Positions 10,116-21,213 of a stretch of DNA of 64,000 nt are shown here, piece by piece. The notes below the pieces were generated by a model. It had not been told where the DNA came from, did not search any database, and worked only from the letters and a program-made list of their open reading frames with translations. The position numbers were made by a program, and so were the translations under genes. The stretch's first letter is position 1. Every line of letters starts with the position of its first letter. Origin of the DNA: an uncultured Nitrospiraceae bacterium (GTDB lineage Bacteria > Nitrospirota > Nitrospiria > Nitrospirales > Nitrospiraceae). Location of the stretch: assembly GCA_963846575.1 (NCBI GenBank), contig CAWJWJ010000002.1, positions 2,208,001 to 2,272,000 of the forward strand, written 5' to 3'.

Positions 10116-10668
10116 TGGTAGAGGAACCTTTCCTGGAAAGATTTCGCGCTGTGTTGAAGGTCTAATTCCCTTGTAGTTGAGCCTGCTGCACAGTTCCCAT
10201 CCTGCCTCTTGGCTGGACACTGGTTTAGTGACGAGAGATGCTATCCGAGCGACAGGCTCGACTCTCCATCATCGCCGGCTACTGGTGGTTGACTTGAGAG
10301 TTGCCAACCATATCAGGTGACGCCAGAACTTCGCTAGAGCGCGCCCATCCGATGCCCCAGAACCATTTCTTCCGAGCAGAGCTGCCAGGGTGGGTTATAC
10401 CTCCCGAGAGTCGGAGATCAGAGCGACGCGTCGTCGAGAGTTCTGTCTGGACTGCTACAGTGGGAAAAAACTGCCCCCATATACCTGATCTGTGATGCCG
10501 TGGGACGCTGAGCCCATATCTATGAATTCCCGCTAACCCGAGAGCAGTTCATCGGCCTGCTCACCCACCTCCGTATCTTATTCCGCACAGTGCTATATTT
10601 TTGAGACATCCTCCTGTGGTTGGATTCCAAGTATTGACATGATTTCATCATGTTACAAAGTGCCACCT

Positions 10669-10684
10669 GGGCCCGAGATTTGCT
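10669..10684 (+). promoter_or_regulatory. Possible sigma-54 promoter for the lipoprotein gene
   Basis: GGGCCCGAGATTTGCT with GG-N10-GC spacing; inverted repeat ACATGAT-TTC-ATCATGT upstream at 10637-10653. Confidence 0.35.
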
Positions 10685-10730
10685 CACTACCAAACTGTCT
10701 TTCAAATGGGACAGTGGAGCACCTCGGCCT

Positions 10731-11228
10731 ATGGACGTCATAGAAGAAGTAAAAGCTAGCCTATTGGCCCTTGTGTTGATGGGCATGACTGCCGCGGGAT
10801 GCCAATCCGGTCCTGCCGACACCTCTGCTCGTTACGACAACGCGATGTTTATGGATGTATGGAGTACCTATAATCGGTGCCTGTCGACTGAGGGACTTGA
10901 GTCGGCCGCAGTCGACTCGACCAAGCTGCAAGAGGTCAGCCGGATCCAAGCGAAGCGGCCGCGGATAAATATCCATCTCCCCGCCCCCTTTAAGAACCTA
11001 ATCAGTGAACCCTCTCCCAGACAAGCGGTGGATATTCACGCAATGGCGGCATCGTGCAGTCTTCACGCTGGCACACTCGCATTGTCAGCGGGAGAACATG
11101 ACCTCGCACGGTTCCAGTTTAAACAGATTTTGGATAACCCTAATCAGTCCGACTATTCCTTTTATGCGGCGCAAGCGCGGGTGCGACTAGCGTATCTCGA
11201 GCGGACGCTCCAAGCTGCTGTCCGCTGA
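10731..11228 (+). CDS. Hypothetical lipoprotein with TPR-like C-terminus
   Basis: Lipobox LVLMGMTAAGC; helical C-terminus; start uncertain (track start 10650). Confidence 0.7.
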   Translation: MDVIEEVKASLLALVLMGMTAAGCQSGPADTSARYDNAMFMDVWSTYNRCLSTEGLESAAVDSTKLQEVSRIQAKRPRINIHLPAPFKNLISEPSPRQAVDIHAMAASCSLHAGTLALSAGEHDLARFQFKQILDNPNQSDYSFYAAQARVRLAYLERTLQAAVR

Positions 11229-11233
11229 GACAA

Positions 11234-11251
11234 CCTGCTTCCGCCAGCAGG
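11234..11251. terminator. Hairpin between convergent genes
   Basis: CCTGCT-TCCGCC-AGCAGG; no clear U-tract. Confidence 0.35.
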
Positions 11252-11265
11252 CCTACCGTCCAATC

Positions 11266-12792
11266 CTAACGCGAACTGTCTGAACCTGTGGGAAGCATCT
11301 TCTCGAACAGCTCGACATAATTTTCGGCTGACCGAGTCCATGACAGATTCTGCTCCATGCCCGCCTTGACGATGCGGTGCCAGTCGCCCTTTTTCTTATA
11401 GACCGACAATGCCAGGAGTACACAGGTCAAGAGCGAGGTGGCGTTAGTGTCGGTAAAACTAAATCCGGTGACACGCGAGGCCTTCAGACTGCGGGGAGTG
11501 TAATTCACCACAGTATCAGCTAAACCTCCAGTTTTCCTCACAATGGGAACGGTTCCATACCGAAGGCTATACAACTGGCTGAGCCCGCACGGCTCATAGC
11601 GAGACGGCATGATAAACAGATCCGCGCCCGCTTCGATTCGATGAGCCAATCCTTCGTCGAACACATTCCTAAACGCCACTCTGCCGGGATGGCATGCCGC
11701 GAACTGCCGCACTTGTTGTTCATACTGGACTTCCCCCATCCCCAGAAAGGCTACCTGGGCATCGAGTTCCATCAGTTCCGGCATCACTTCGAGAACCAGG
11801 TCAATCCCTTTCTGACTCGTCAGACGAGCAATGACTCCAAGAAGTGGGACCTTCTGCTGATTAAGCCCTAACTCCCGCTGAAGCGCGCTTTTACAGCGTG
11901 CCTTCCCCGACATATCAGACAGTGAATAGTGCGCAGGGAGATACGAATCCTGAGCAGGATTCCAGGTCTCCGCATCGATGCCATTTACGATGCCGTGAAG
12001 AACATGTTTACGCGCACGGATGACCCCATCGAGGCCACATCCAAATTCGGCAGTCTGAATCTCTTGACTGTACGTCGGGCTAACAGTGGTGAGCAGATCC
12101 GCAAAGACCAAGCCCCCCTTTAGTAAATTGACCGCGCCATAAAACTCGAGCGCGGCAGGCGCGAACAGTTGCGGGGACAACCCGGTCAGAACAAACTGCT
12201 CGGCCGGGAATATTCCTTGATACCCCAGATTATGAATGGTCAAGACGCTACGAGTGTCATGAAAGGGGGCCTGCTCTTGATAGATTGATCGTAGATACAC
12301 TGCACAGAGGGCGCTTTGCCAATCATGGAGATGCAGAATATTCGCCGGCCATGTGTCCTTCTCGCCGAAATACACCATTAGTTCCATGACTGCGCGGGAA
12401 AAAAAGGCGAACCGGTCGAAGTTGTCCGGGTAATCGACGCCGGCCTCCTGGTAGAGCCCTGGACGGTCGAAGTACTGATCATGGCGAATAACAAACACAC
12501 GCAGCCGTCCCCGGCCCATCGGCTGTGAAGGCGGGGCGATTTCCTGGATCCGGGCCTCGATCAGACCATGACTCGTAGGAACCGACAACCGAGCATAGTC
12601 CGTCATCTCGTAGGCACGTGAAAGGACTTCTCGATAGCACGGCAGCAGCACGCGCACATCATGGCCCGACTTGGCAAACTCGATCGCCAGCGCCCCAACG
12701 ACATCAGCAAGTCCTCCCGTTTTGGCATAGGGCACGACCTCGGAGGACACCATGCAAATGTTGAGGGAACGATGATCTTGATCTGCGTTCAT
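11266..12792 (-). CDS. glgA: Glycogen synthase
   Basis: SEVVPYAKTGGLADV, HLHDWQ, PSRYEPCGLSQLYSLRYG. Confidence 0.97.
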   Translation of the reverse strand: MNADQDHRSLNICMVSSEVVPYAKTGGLADVVGALAIEFAKSGHDVRVLLPCYREVLSRAYEMTDYARLSVPTSHGLIEARIQEIAPPSQPMGRGRLRVFVIRHDQYFDRPGLYQEAGVDYPDNFDRFAFFSRAVMELMVYFGEKDTWPANILHLHDWQSALCAVYLRSIYQEQAPFHDTRSVLTIHNLGYQGIFPAEQFVLTGLSPQLFAPAALEFYGAVNLLKGGLVFADLLTTVSPTYSQEIQTAEFGCGLDGVIRARKHVLHGIVNGIDAETWNPAQDSYLPAHYSLSDMSGKARCKSALQRELGLNQQKVPLLGVIARLTSQKGIDLVLEVMPELMELDAQVAFLGMGEVQYEQQVRQFAACHPGRVAFRNVFDEGLAHRIEAGADLFIMPSRYEPCGLSQLYSLRYGTVPIVRKTGGLADTVVNYTPRSLKASRVTGFSFTDTNATSLLTCVLLALSVYKKKGDWHRIVKAGMEQNLSWTRSAENYVELFEKMLPTGSDSSR

Positions 12793-12809
12793 AGGGAGGA
12801 AAGCATCGG

Positions 12810-13271
12810 CTACTTCAGGGTTGGCGACGATTCCAGGCGTGTCTTGAATTGCGATTCGTATTTCCATGTCTTACCGACGGCATGGACCTTCTCAGCCGGC
12901 ATGGCCTCCTGGTACACCAGCCTGTCATCGAGAAATACGAGATACTGTCCCTGATCGGCATACGCAAGAAACAAGGCGTCCCCTGCAGCGAGCCCCGTTT
13001 CCCACCCTTGCGGCGATTCGCCCAGAGCCATTCGTGCCTGGGGTATCAGCCGTCCATCCTGCATCCCAAAGAAGTGGGTAAATTGTTGATGCATATAGGT
13101 CGGCGTCCCCCATGTTTCGGCAAAGGCTCTCGGAGTCAGCTGCTGAATCCTGAAGTCAGCGGTTTGCACCAGGCGTTTCTGTTGCTCTAACGATGGCAAT
13201 CCGGAGCAGGCCGCAAACAGAGCCCCGATCACAAGCCACCATTCCGCACCTCGATATCGGTATGACCTCAT
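12810..13271 (-). CDS. Hypothetical lipoprotein
   Basis: Lipobox LFAAC; co-oriented in operon; start 13271 preferred over 13325. Confidence 0.7.
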   Translation of the reverse strand: MRSYRYRGAEWWLVIGALFAACSGLPSLEQQKRLVQTADFRIQQLTPRAFAETWGTPTYMHQQFTHFFGMQDGRLIPQARMALGESPQGWETGLAAGDALFLAYADQGQYLVFLDDRLVYQEAMPAEKVHAVGKTWKYESQFKTRLESSPTLK

Positions 13272-13321
13272 CGGCTGACGCTCCCCTCTCCCGCGGTCGG
13301 CCCGCGTGCCGGCAATAGCGG

Positions 13322-13678
13322 TCACAGTAAGCGTCTGGACTTAGACTCCACCGGCTTCACGGGCTGACACACATCGCACTGGCACATGCGCCGTAAAAAC
13401 GCATAGGAATACAGGCCGGTGTCATGCCCGTCACTCCAAGTAAACTGAAATGCGTATCGCCCGACCGGCTGGATATCCTGCAGCATGATCACAATGGGCA
13501 CATCATCAGGTTTCAACCGCAACTCGCCGGTCCATTCATCGGTACAAGCCGCGCACGGGCAATGCTGCCGAAGGTACCGGACCGGATAGATAGCTTTATG
13601 ACCATCGCTCCAGGTGATACTCAATACGCCCTTCTCGAGCCACTCCATATCGGTGGGTTCGAGCACGGTATCATTCAT
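13322..13678 (-). CDS. DUF971 / gamma-butyrobetaine hydroxylase-like N-terminal domain protein
   Basis: WSDGH...LRQHCPCAAC...VGRYA...WSDGHDTGLYS. Confidence 0.9.
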   Translation of the reverse strand: MNDTVLEPTDMEWLEKGVLSITWSDGHKAIYPVRYLRQHCPCAACTDEWTGELRLKPDDVPIVIMLQDIQPVGRYAFQFTWSDGHDTGLYSYAFLRRMCQCDVCQPVKPVESKSRRLL

Positions 13679-14492
13679 AATTCCCCGCTTCCTCACTGGC
13701 ACCGGAACGCCCGGTTGCCTTGATCGTCACAGCACTAGGGAGACTTCCACTGCTCAAAAAGTCCACCGGCGGCAGCCGCCGCCCCGCCACCACCGTGACA
13801 TAACTCTCAATAGCCAACTCAACCTCAGCCCGCACTTGACCGGCCGCGTGTAACCGGCTCAAGAGTGCCGGCTGCATATGCAACGCTTGATGGAGAAACG
13901 CGACGCTTCCCCGGGACAAGGCTGTGCAACGAAACGGTTGCCGGCTCGCACACCGGTCGCAGACCATGCCCCCGGCGATGGGTGAAAAGTGGGGTAAGGG
14001 GCTTCGATTGACCTGGCCGCAGGTCGCACACTGTTCGGTTTGCGGTCGAAAGCCGGTGATGCCCAAGAGGCGAATCTGAAACAACAAGGTCGTCCACGCC
14101 GCATCACGACTCTCCAACAATGCACGCAATCCCGATTCCAGCAGCTCGAAGACCTGCGGTTCCGCGTCGCCATCCGCCATCACTGCACTCACTAGGTTCA
14201 CCATCCGCCCCGCGGCAGCCATGAGTGTCAGGTCGCTGCGAAATTTGGCGAAAGACTCCACCTGCGCAACCTGCGAGATCCGATACAATGAGTCGCCGGC
14301 CTTCTCAAACAGATCCAGATGACACAGGGTCAGCGGTTCGATCATCCCGCCCAACCGGCTCTTCAACCGCCGCGCGCCACGCGCCACTCCACGCAATTTT
14401 CCCAAGCGCATCGTGTAGAACGTGACGATACGATCGGCATCGCCCCATTTTCGACTATGCAGCACAATGGCGGCGGTCTTCACCAGCGGCAT
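13671..14492 (-). CDS. recO: DNA repair protein RecO
   Basis: AIVLHSRKWGDADRIVTFYT...GKLRGVARGAR; CxxC...CxxC zinc finger; near era. Confidence 0.95.
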   Translation of the reverse strand: MPLVKTAAIVLHSRKWGDADRIVTFYTMRLGKLRGVARGARRLKSRLGGMIEPLTLCHLDLFEKAGDSLYRISQVAQVESFAKFRSDLTLMAAAGRMVNLVSAVMADGDAEPQVFELLESGLRALLESRDAAWTTLLFQIRLLGITGFRPQTEQCATCGQVNRSPLPHFSPIAGGMVCDRCASRQPFRCTALSRGSVAFLHQALHMQPALLSRLHAAGQVRAEVELAIESYVTVVAGRRLPPVDFLSSGSLPSAVTIKATGRSGASEEAGNYE

Positions 14493-14542
14493 CTCAGCAC
14501 CCACCGTCGAGAAGTACCTCGGAAAGAGGTCGCTCCGCAACT

Positions 14543-15934
14543 CTACCGAATTTGTTCAAGGAAGACCGTCGCCAGCGTGAGGTAAATCGCAATGCCGGTG
14601 ATGTCATTGGCCGTCGTCACAAATGGGCCCGCAGCGACTGCGGGATCCACACCCATACGTTTCAAGACGATCGGCATGACCGTAGCCATGCTGGTGGACA
14701 CGAGAAAAGCTGTAATGAGTGAGACCCCCACGACCATGCCGAGAAATACTTGGTGCCACAACCAGCCCACCACGGTCAGGATCAGGCTACAGACAATGCC
14801 CATCAGAAATGCAATTTTGGCTTCCCGAAAGAAGATCGTCCAGACGTCCGTGAGTTCCACGAGACCCGTGGCAAGTCCACGAATGATGAGCGTGGACGAT
14901 TGCAGCCCGACGTTGCCCCCCATGGCGGCAATCACAGGGATGAAACTGACGATGGCTACCACTTCCTGAATCGTGTACCGGAACATCCACAACAGCATGC
15001 CGGACAAGAGACTTCCGACGAGATTCGTGAACAACCAGGGAAGCCGGACCCGCGCCGCGACCACGCTGGATGACTTGAACATCGAATCTTCTTCGATGGC
15101 CCCGGCCATTTTCAACATGTCCTCGGTGGCTTCCTCCCGAATGACATCCACGACGTCGTCCACGGTAATGATGCCGACGAGCTTCCCGTCTTTCTCGACC
15201 ACCGGAATAGCCAGGAGATTGTAACTCGCGACCTGGCGCGACACTTCCTCCTGATCCATGTCCACAGCCACACTGATCAGATCGCGCGTCATAATGTTCT
15301 TGAGGGGAGTCGCTGGGGGAACCGTCAATAACTGACGCAGGGACAACACGCCGACCAGCCGATCTTCCTTGTCCGTCACATAAATATAGAAGACCATTTC
15401 GGCATCGGTGGCCTGTTGCAAGCGGCGTATGGCCTCCTGTGCGGTGGCGTCCTCGGAGAGGGCGAAAAACTCAGTCGTCATGATGCCGCCGGCCGTGCCT
15501 TTTGGATACTTCAGGAGGTCGGCAATCTCAGTGGAATCCTCCGTCCGCATCAACGCCAGAATCTCCTTCGCGCGATCGGTCGGAATCACACTTAAGATAT
15601 AGGCGATATCGTCAGACCCAAGGTCCTTTAATAACCAGGCGGCATCAGAGGGGAGCATATCCGACAGCACCAGGGCAATGCTGTCGCCGTTCAACTCGCT
15701 GAGCACCTGCCCGCGCTTGACATCCCCGCGCACCAATTCGAAGATCTCGCGTTTCTCTTTCAGGGATGAAAGGTGGTCGATCACATTGGCGATATCCGCG
15801 GGATGCATGCGCGCCAACATTTTGGCCAAGTTGGTGATCGCGCCGCGGCGCAAGAGACGCTGAATGGAGACCAACCGCACGTCGGATTTAGCCTGGCCGT
15901 TGGCCGAAGCCTCGCGAGACACATCTTTCCCCAT
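14543..15934 (-). CDS. mgtE: Magnesium transporter MgtE
   Basis: MgtE_N, CBS pair, GGNVGLQS and DPAVAAGPFVTTAND. Confidence 0.97.
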   Translation of the reverse strand: MGKDVSREASANGQAKSDVRLVSIQRLLRRGAITNLAKMLARMHPADIANVIDHLSSLKEKREIFELVRGDVKRGQVLSELNGDSIALVLSDMLPSDAAWLLKDLGSDDIAYILSVIPTDRAKEILALMRTEDSTEIADLLKYPKGTAGGIMTTEFFALSEDATAQEAIRRLQQATDAEMVFYIYVTDKEDRLVGVLSLRQLLTVPPATPLKNIMTRDLISVAVDMDQEEVSRQVASYNLLAIPVVEKDGKLVGIITVDDVVDVIREEATEDMLKMAGAIEEDSMFKSSSVVAARVRLPWLFTNLVGSLLSGMLLWMFRYTIQEVVAIVSFIPVIAAMGGNVGLQSSTLIIRGLATGLVELTDVWTIFFREAKIAFLMGIVCSLILTVVGWLWHQVFLGMVVGVSLITAFLVSTSMATVMPIVLKRMGVDPAVAAGPFVTTANDITGIAIYLTLATVFLEQIR

Positions 15935-15986
15935 CGGCTCCTTTTCAGGAAGTCGCGAAGACCCGGACGGTTGAATGGTAAGATCG

Positions 15987-16871
15987 TTAATAACCTAACT
16001 CCGCGAGGGTTTCCTCATCCTCTCGCCATGACTCTCGCACCTTCACCCACAGCTTCAAAAACACCTTCATGCCGAACAACCGTTCCATATCCTGGCGCGC
16101 CGCCGTGCCGACAATCTTGAGGCGCTCCCCATGCTTTCCGATGAGAATGCCTTTTTGCGATTCCTTTTCAACCAGCACAACCGCACCGATTTTGGTCAGT
16201 TTCTTGGTTTCCTGAAACTCCTCAATCTCCACGGCCACCGAATGGGGCACCTCTTCATAGGTTTGCTCCAGAATTTTTTCCCGAATCAATTCAGCCGCCA
16301 ATGTCCGCATGGATTGATCCGTAACCACGTCTTCGCTATAGGTACCCTCGCCTTCCGACAAATGCGAGACCGTTACCGTTAACAGGCGATCGACGTTGTC
16401 GGCCGTTTCCGCCGACACGGGAACCATTTCGGTCCAAGGGAAAATCCGCAAATACTGATCCATCAACGGGAGAATGCGGGACTTGTTGACCAGATCCACC
16501 TTATTGATCACCAAGAGCACGGGACGCGGCTGTTTGGCCACCGCCTGCCGGACATGATCAATCACCGCCAAATCGCCCGGACCCGGTTGCGATGTCGCCT
16601 CGACAACGACGTACAGCACATCCGCATCGTCAAAAGTATCCAGCGTCGTGCGCACCATGCGTCGGTTCAACAAGTGATGGGGCTCGTGAAAGCCGGGAGT
16701 GTCGAGAAACACGATTTGGGCTCCGTCGACATGTGCCACCCCTAGGATTCTCGTTCTCGTCGTCTGCGGCTTGTCCGAGACGATCGCAATCTTTTCCTTC
16801 AACAGCCGATTCAAGAGCGTCGATTTCCCGACGTTCGATCGCCCGATGATGGCCACGCTTCCAAACTTCAT
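15987..16871 (-). CDS. era: GTPase Era
   Basis: GRSNVGKSTL, QTTR, DTPG, NKVD, KH domain. Confidence 0.98.
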   Translation of the reverse strand: MKFGSVAIIGRSNVGKSTLLNRLLKEKIAIVSDKPQTTRTRILGVAHVDGAQIVFLDTPGFHEPHHLLNRRMVRTTLDTFDDADVLYVVVEATSQPGPGDLAVIDHVRQAVAKQPRPVLLVINKVDLVNKSRILPLMDQYLRIFPWTEMVPVSAETADNVDRLLTVTVSHLSEGEGTYSEDVVTDQSMRTLAAELIREKILEQTYEEVPHSVAVEIEEFQETKKLTKIGAVVLVEKESQKGILIGKHGERLKIVGTAARQDMERLFGMKVFLKLWVKVRESWREDEETLAELGY

Positions 16872-17227
16872 GGTGCCTTCACTGCGGGAACTCGTTCTTT
16901 GTCACTGAGCGGGGCGAGTTGATACACCGTCTCTCCTCTCCGTACATAGCCTAACCGCTCCCGAGCCAACTCCTCGATGCGAGTCGTATCGTACTGGACA
17001 CGATCCAGGTCCGTCCGTAATTCACTGTTCAGTCGTTGCAGTTCCGACAATTCACGATCGAGCTGTTCAGCATGGTCGCGCAGGTGCAAATATCGCGAAA
17101 CTCCCATCTCACCGAACACCAGGGTTCCCATCATCAGAAGCAGAGCCCCAAGGCCCACCCATTTGCCGGCGAACCAGAGTTTCCGCTGCCAATCCAACCA
17201 GTCGCGACCACGATTGGGTTTAATCAT
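16868..17227 (-). CDS. ftsB: Septum formation initiator FtsB/DivIC
   Basis: TM helix, coiled coil, IEELARERLGYVRRGE; downstream of eno. Confidence 0.85.
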   Translation of the reverse strand: MIKPNRGRDWLDWQRKLWFAGKWVGLGALLLMMGTLVFGEMGVSRYLHLRDHAEQLDRELSELQRLNSELRTDLDRVQYDTTRIEELARERLGYVRRGETVYQLAPLSDKERVPAVKAP

Positions 17228-17235
17228 AGCAATGA

Positions 17236-18564
<1,329 letters not shown>

Positions 18565-18607
18565 CTACGTCTGTCCGCTTACCCTGCGACTGTGCCGGTT
18601 CAGAAGA

Positions 18608-18998
18608 CCATCATCTGATCGATTCGATGGCGTGAGTTCAGTTCGACCAATACCAGTTCCAGCGATCTCACCTTCTACATTCGTGAACCCATGCTTCCAC
18701 ACGATGGGCACTGATGCAGGCCACCTGACTCATCGCAACACACCCTCGATGCAGGACGCACCCCCTGCTTGGTGTAGGACTACCGGCACAGCCTCTCCGG
18801 GTCTTCCACGGTGGGCAGGGGCTCAGCCTGTCTGTAACAGCTCTCAGATCCCGCTCAAGTCGATCTCAGCCGAAGGCAGCATTGTCCCGGATCGCCTCCG
18901 CGATGTGCAGGATGTTCCGGTCAGACTTTGTGAGAGTTCCCTTACGACAAGTAACCCGTATGAGGTCCCGGCTAACCACAGACATCTCTACCATCGCG
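18608..18998 (-). ncRNA. Candidate structured RNA / long leader between gatB and eno (family not recognised)
   Basis: Several long imperfect stems whose irregular pairs are G-U on the minus strand; no credible ORF. Confidence 0.4.
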
Positions 18999-19050
18999 TG
19001 CTCTCGCCCATGACGTGTGCATTGCTCGGGCAGGCCGGATCCTCCGCGCC

Positions 19051-20481
19051 TCACCCCTGCAACTGTCGCTTCAGCAGCTCATTCACCTTCCCGGGATTCG
19101 CCTTCCCGCCGGAGGCCTTCATGACCTGTCCAACCAGGAAACCGAGAACCTGCTGCTTGCCTTCCTTGAATTGCGCCACTTGGGCCGGATTCTTCGTCAA
19201 GACTTCCCGGATGAGGGTGACGAGTGAACCTTCGTCCGAGACCTGGGTCAGCCCTCTTTCCTGGACGATCTGCGCTGGAGCCTTTCCCGATGCATAGACA
19301 TCTGGAAAGATCTCCCGGGCTACTTTAAGGCTGATCACATCCTGATCCACCAGCCGAAGCAACTCGACCAGGCGATCGGGTGTCACCGGGGACGCGTCCG
19401 CCTCGATTCCGGATTGATTCAATTCGCGGAGCAATTCTCCCATCACCCAATTACTGACCGTCTTAGGGTGCGGATACAACGTGACACAGGCTTCGAAATA
19501 CAAGGCCAATGCCTTGCTCGAGGTCAGAATGCCCGCGTCATACTCGGGCACTTCGTACTCCGTGATGAACCGCTGCTGCTTACTCGACGCAAGTTCAGGC
19601 AATGCCTGACGAAGCTCCTCGATCCATTGGGCCGAAATGGTCAAAGGCACGAGGTCGGGATCGGGGAAATACCGATAATCATGCGCTTCTTCCTTACTGC
19701 GCATGACTGCCGTCTCACCGCGATCGAGGTTCCAGAGGCGTGTTTCCTGATAGATCTTTCCGCCTTCGCTCAACACCTTCGTCTGCCGCCTAATTTCGTA
19801 ATCAACCGCGTCCTTGACGAATTTGAACGAGTTGATGTTCTTCAATTCCACCTTCGTCCCAAAGGTCGTCTGTCCCACGGGACGCAACGAGAGGTTGGGT
19901 TCACAACGGAAGCTCCCTTCCTCCATGTTCCCGTCGCAGACATCGAGATACATCAACAGCTCTCGTAGCGCCTTGAGATAAACCACCACCTCTTCAGAGG
20001 AACTCAAGTCCGGCTCCGTGACGATTTCCAGCAAGGGCGTGCCGGCACGATTGAGATCAACCAAACTCATGCCGCTGCCGGCCTCATGCAGATTTTTCCC
20101 CGCGTCTTCCTCCAGATGCGCCCGTCTGATCCGCACTCTTTTTCGATGCCCCGCAACTGTGATGTCGATCCAGCCGTGCTCGCAAATCGGAGCTTCGTAT
20201 TGCGAAATCTGGTATCCCTTGGGCAGGTCGGGATAAAAATAATTTTTGCGGGCGAACAGATTGTGCTGACCAATCGTGCCATTCAGCGCCAACCCGGCAC
20301 GAACCGCCATTTCCACGGCCTGTTCATTGATGACAGGAAGGCTGCCCGGCAATCCGAGACAGACCGGACAGGTCTGCGAATTGGCCGTAAGACCGAAGGT
20401 AGTCCCGCACGGACAAAAGAGCTTGGACTGAGTCCGCAGCTGTGCGTGCACTTCGACGCCGATGACGACTTCGTACGCCAC
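19051..20481 (-). CDS. gatB: Asp/Glu-tRNA amidotransferase subunit B
   Basis: IGVEVHAQL, RKNYFYPDLPKGYQISQ, DYRYFPDPDL. Confidence 0.99.
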   Translation of the reverse strand: MAYEVVIGVEVHAQLRTQSKLFCPCGTTFGLTANSQTCPVCLGLPGSLPVINEQAVEMAVRAGLALNGTIGQHNLFARKNYFYPDLPKGYQISQYEAPICEHGWIDITVAGHRKRVRIRRAHLEEDAGKNLHEAGSGMSLVDLNRAGTPLLEIVTEPDLSSSEEVVVYLKALRELLMYLDVCDGNMEEGSFRCEPNLSLRPVGQTTFGTKVELKNINSFKFVKDAVDYEIRRQTKVLSEGGKIYQETRLWNLDRGETAVMRSKEEAHDYRYFPDPDLVPLTISAQWIEELRQALPELASSKQQRFITEYEVPEYDAGILTSSKALALYFEACVTLYPHPKTVSNWVMGELLRELNQSGIEADASPVTPDRLVELLRLVDQDVISLKVAREIFPDVYASGKAPAQIVQERGLTQVSDEGSLVTLIREVLTKNPAQVAQFKEGKQQVLGFLVGQVMKASGGKANPGKVNELLKRQLQG

Positions 20482-20483
20482 GT

Positions 20484-20804
20484 CTAGCTCTGCTCGCCCT
20501 TGGTGAAGTGCTCGCGCTCCCTCCGCATGGCCTCTCGTCCGGCATCGAAGGCATCTCGCAGCACGGTTTTCTTGGCCTCGATAAACTCGCGGCCTTCCTC
20601 GACCGCTCCCTCTAACTTTTCACCGGCTTCGCCGACCAAGTCCCGCAGTCCATCCTCGGCGCGCCGCGCATAACCGCGTAAAATCTCGCGCGATTCCTCA
20701 CCCGTTCGTGGCGCAAACAGGATCGCCATGACGGCTCCCAGGGCCGCCCCGCTCAAAAACCCTAGTAACACGGCGCCTGACGATGATCCTTCATATTCCG
20801 CCAT
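20484..20804 (-). CDS. YtxH-like protein
   Basis: FLSGAALGAVMAILFAPRTGEESR motif. Confidence 0.88.
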   Translation of the reverse strand: MAEYEGSSSGAVLLGFLSGAALGAVMAILFAPRTGEESREILRGYARRAEDGLRDLVGEAGEKLEGAVEEGREFIEAKKTVLRDAFDAGREAMRREREHFTKGEQS

Positions 20805-21195
20805 TGTGCTCCCCTCCCTGTTTAAACCGTTCCTTGACCACATGTTTCGCAGCTTTCAGACCCGCGAACAGACTCGTGACGTTAGCCAGGAGCGAACTCC
20901 CCGACCCTCGCACCAGGCTGTGAACCTGATTCACCGATTCGCCTACCTCTCCCATGGCATGCAACAGCACCGACGCATGTTCGACGCCATCGCGCGCCTG
21001 CATCGTCACATCGTTGAGGCTCTGAGTCATCAGCCGCAACTCGGCAATCAGCGTCGGCAGTTCGCTATCAAGCTTCGCCACCAACTGTTCCGCCCCGGCC
21101 GCCGTCTTTCGGACCTGAATGAGGACCGGAATGAGATATCCCACCAGTACCGCAAAAGCAATCGCGACGAGAATTGCCGCGCCCTCAATGATCAT
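20791..21195 (-). CDS. DUF948 (YoxC-like) membrane-anchored protein
   Basis: N-terminal TM plus coiled coil; paired with YtxH. Confidence 0.8.
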   Translation of the reverse strand: MIIEGAAILVAIAFAVLVGYLIPVLIQVRKTAAGAEQLVAKLDSELPTLIAELRLMTQSLNDVTMQARDGVEHASVLLHAMGEVGESVNQVHSLVRGSGSSLLANVTSLFAGLKAAKHVVKERFKQGGEHNGGI

Positions 21196-21213
21196 ACGCA
21201 CCCCCTGTCCGGC

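Noticed and set aside
18700..18800. tmRNA-like start GGGGGUG...UCGA on the minus strand
   Set aside because: No T-arm, matching acceptor stem with CCA or tag frame, in normal or permuted order; insufficient room before eno.
18632..19297. 221-aa plus-strand ORF across the gatB-eno gap
   Set aside because: Overlaps gatB antisense, atypical composition, no RBS or motifs.
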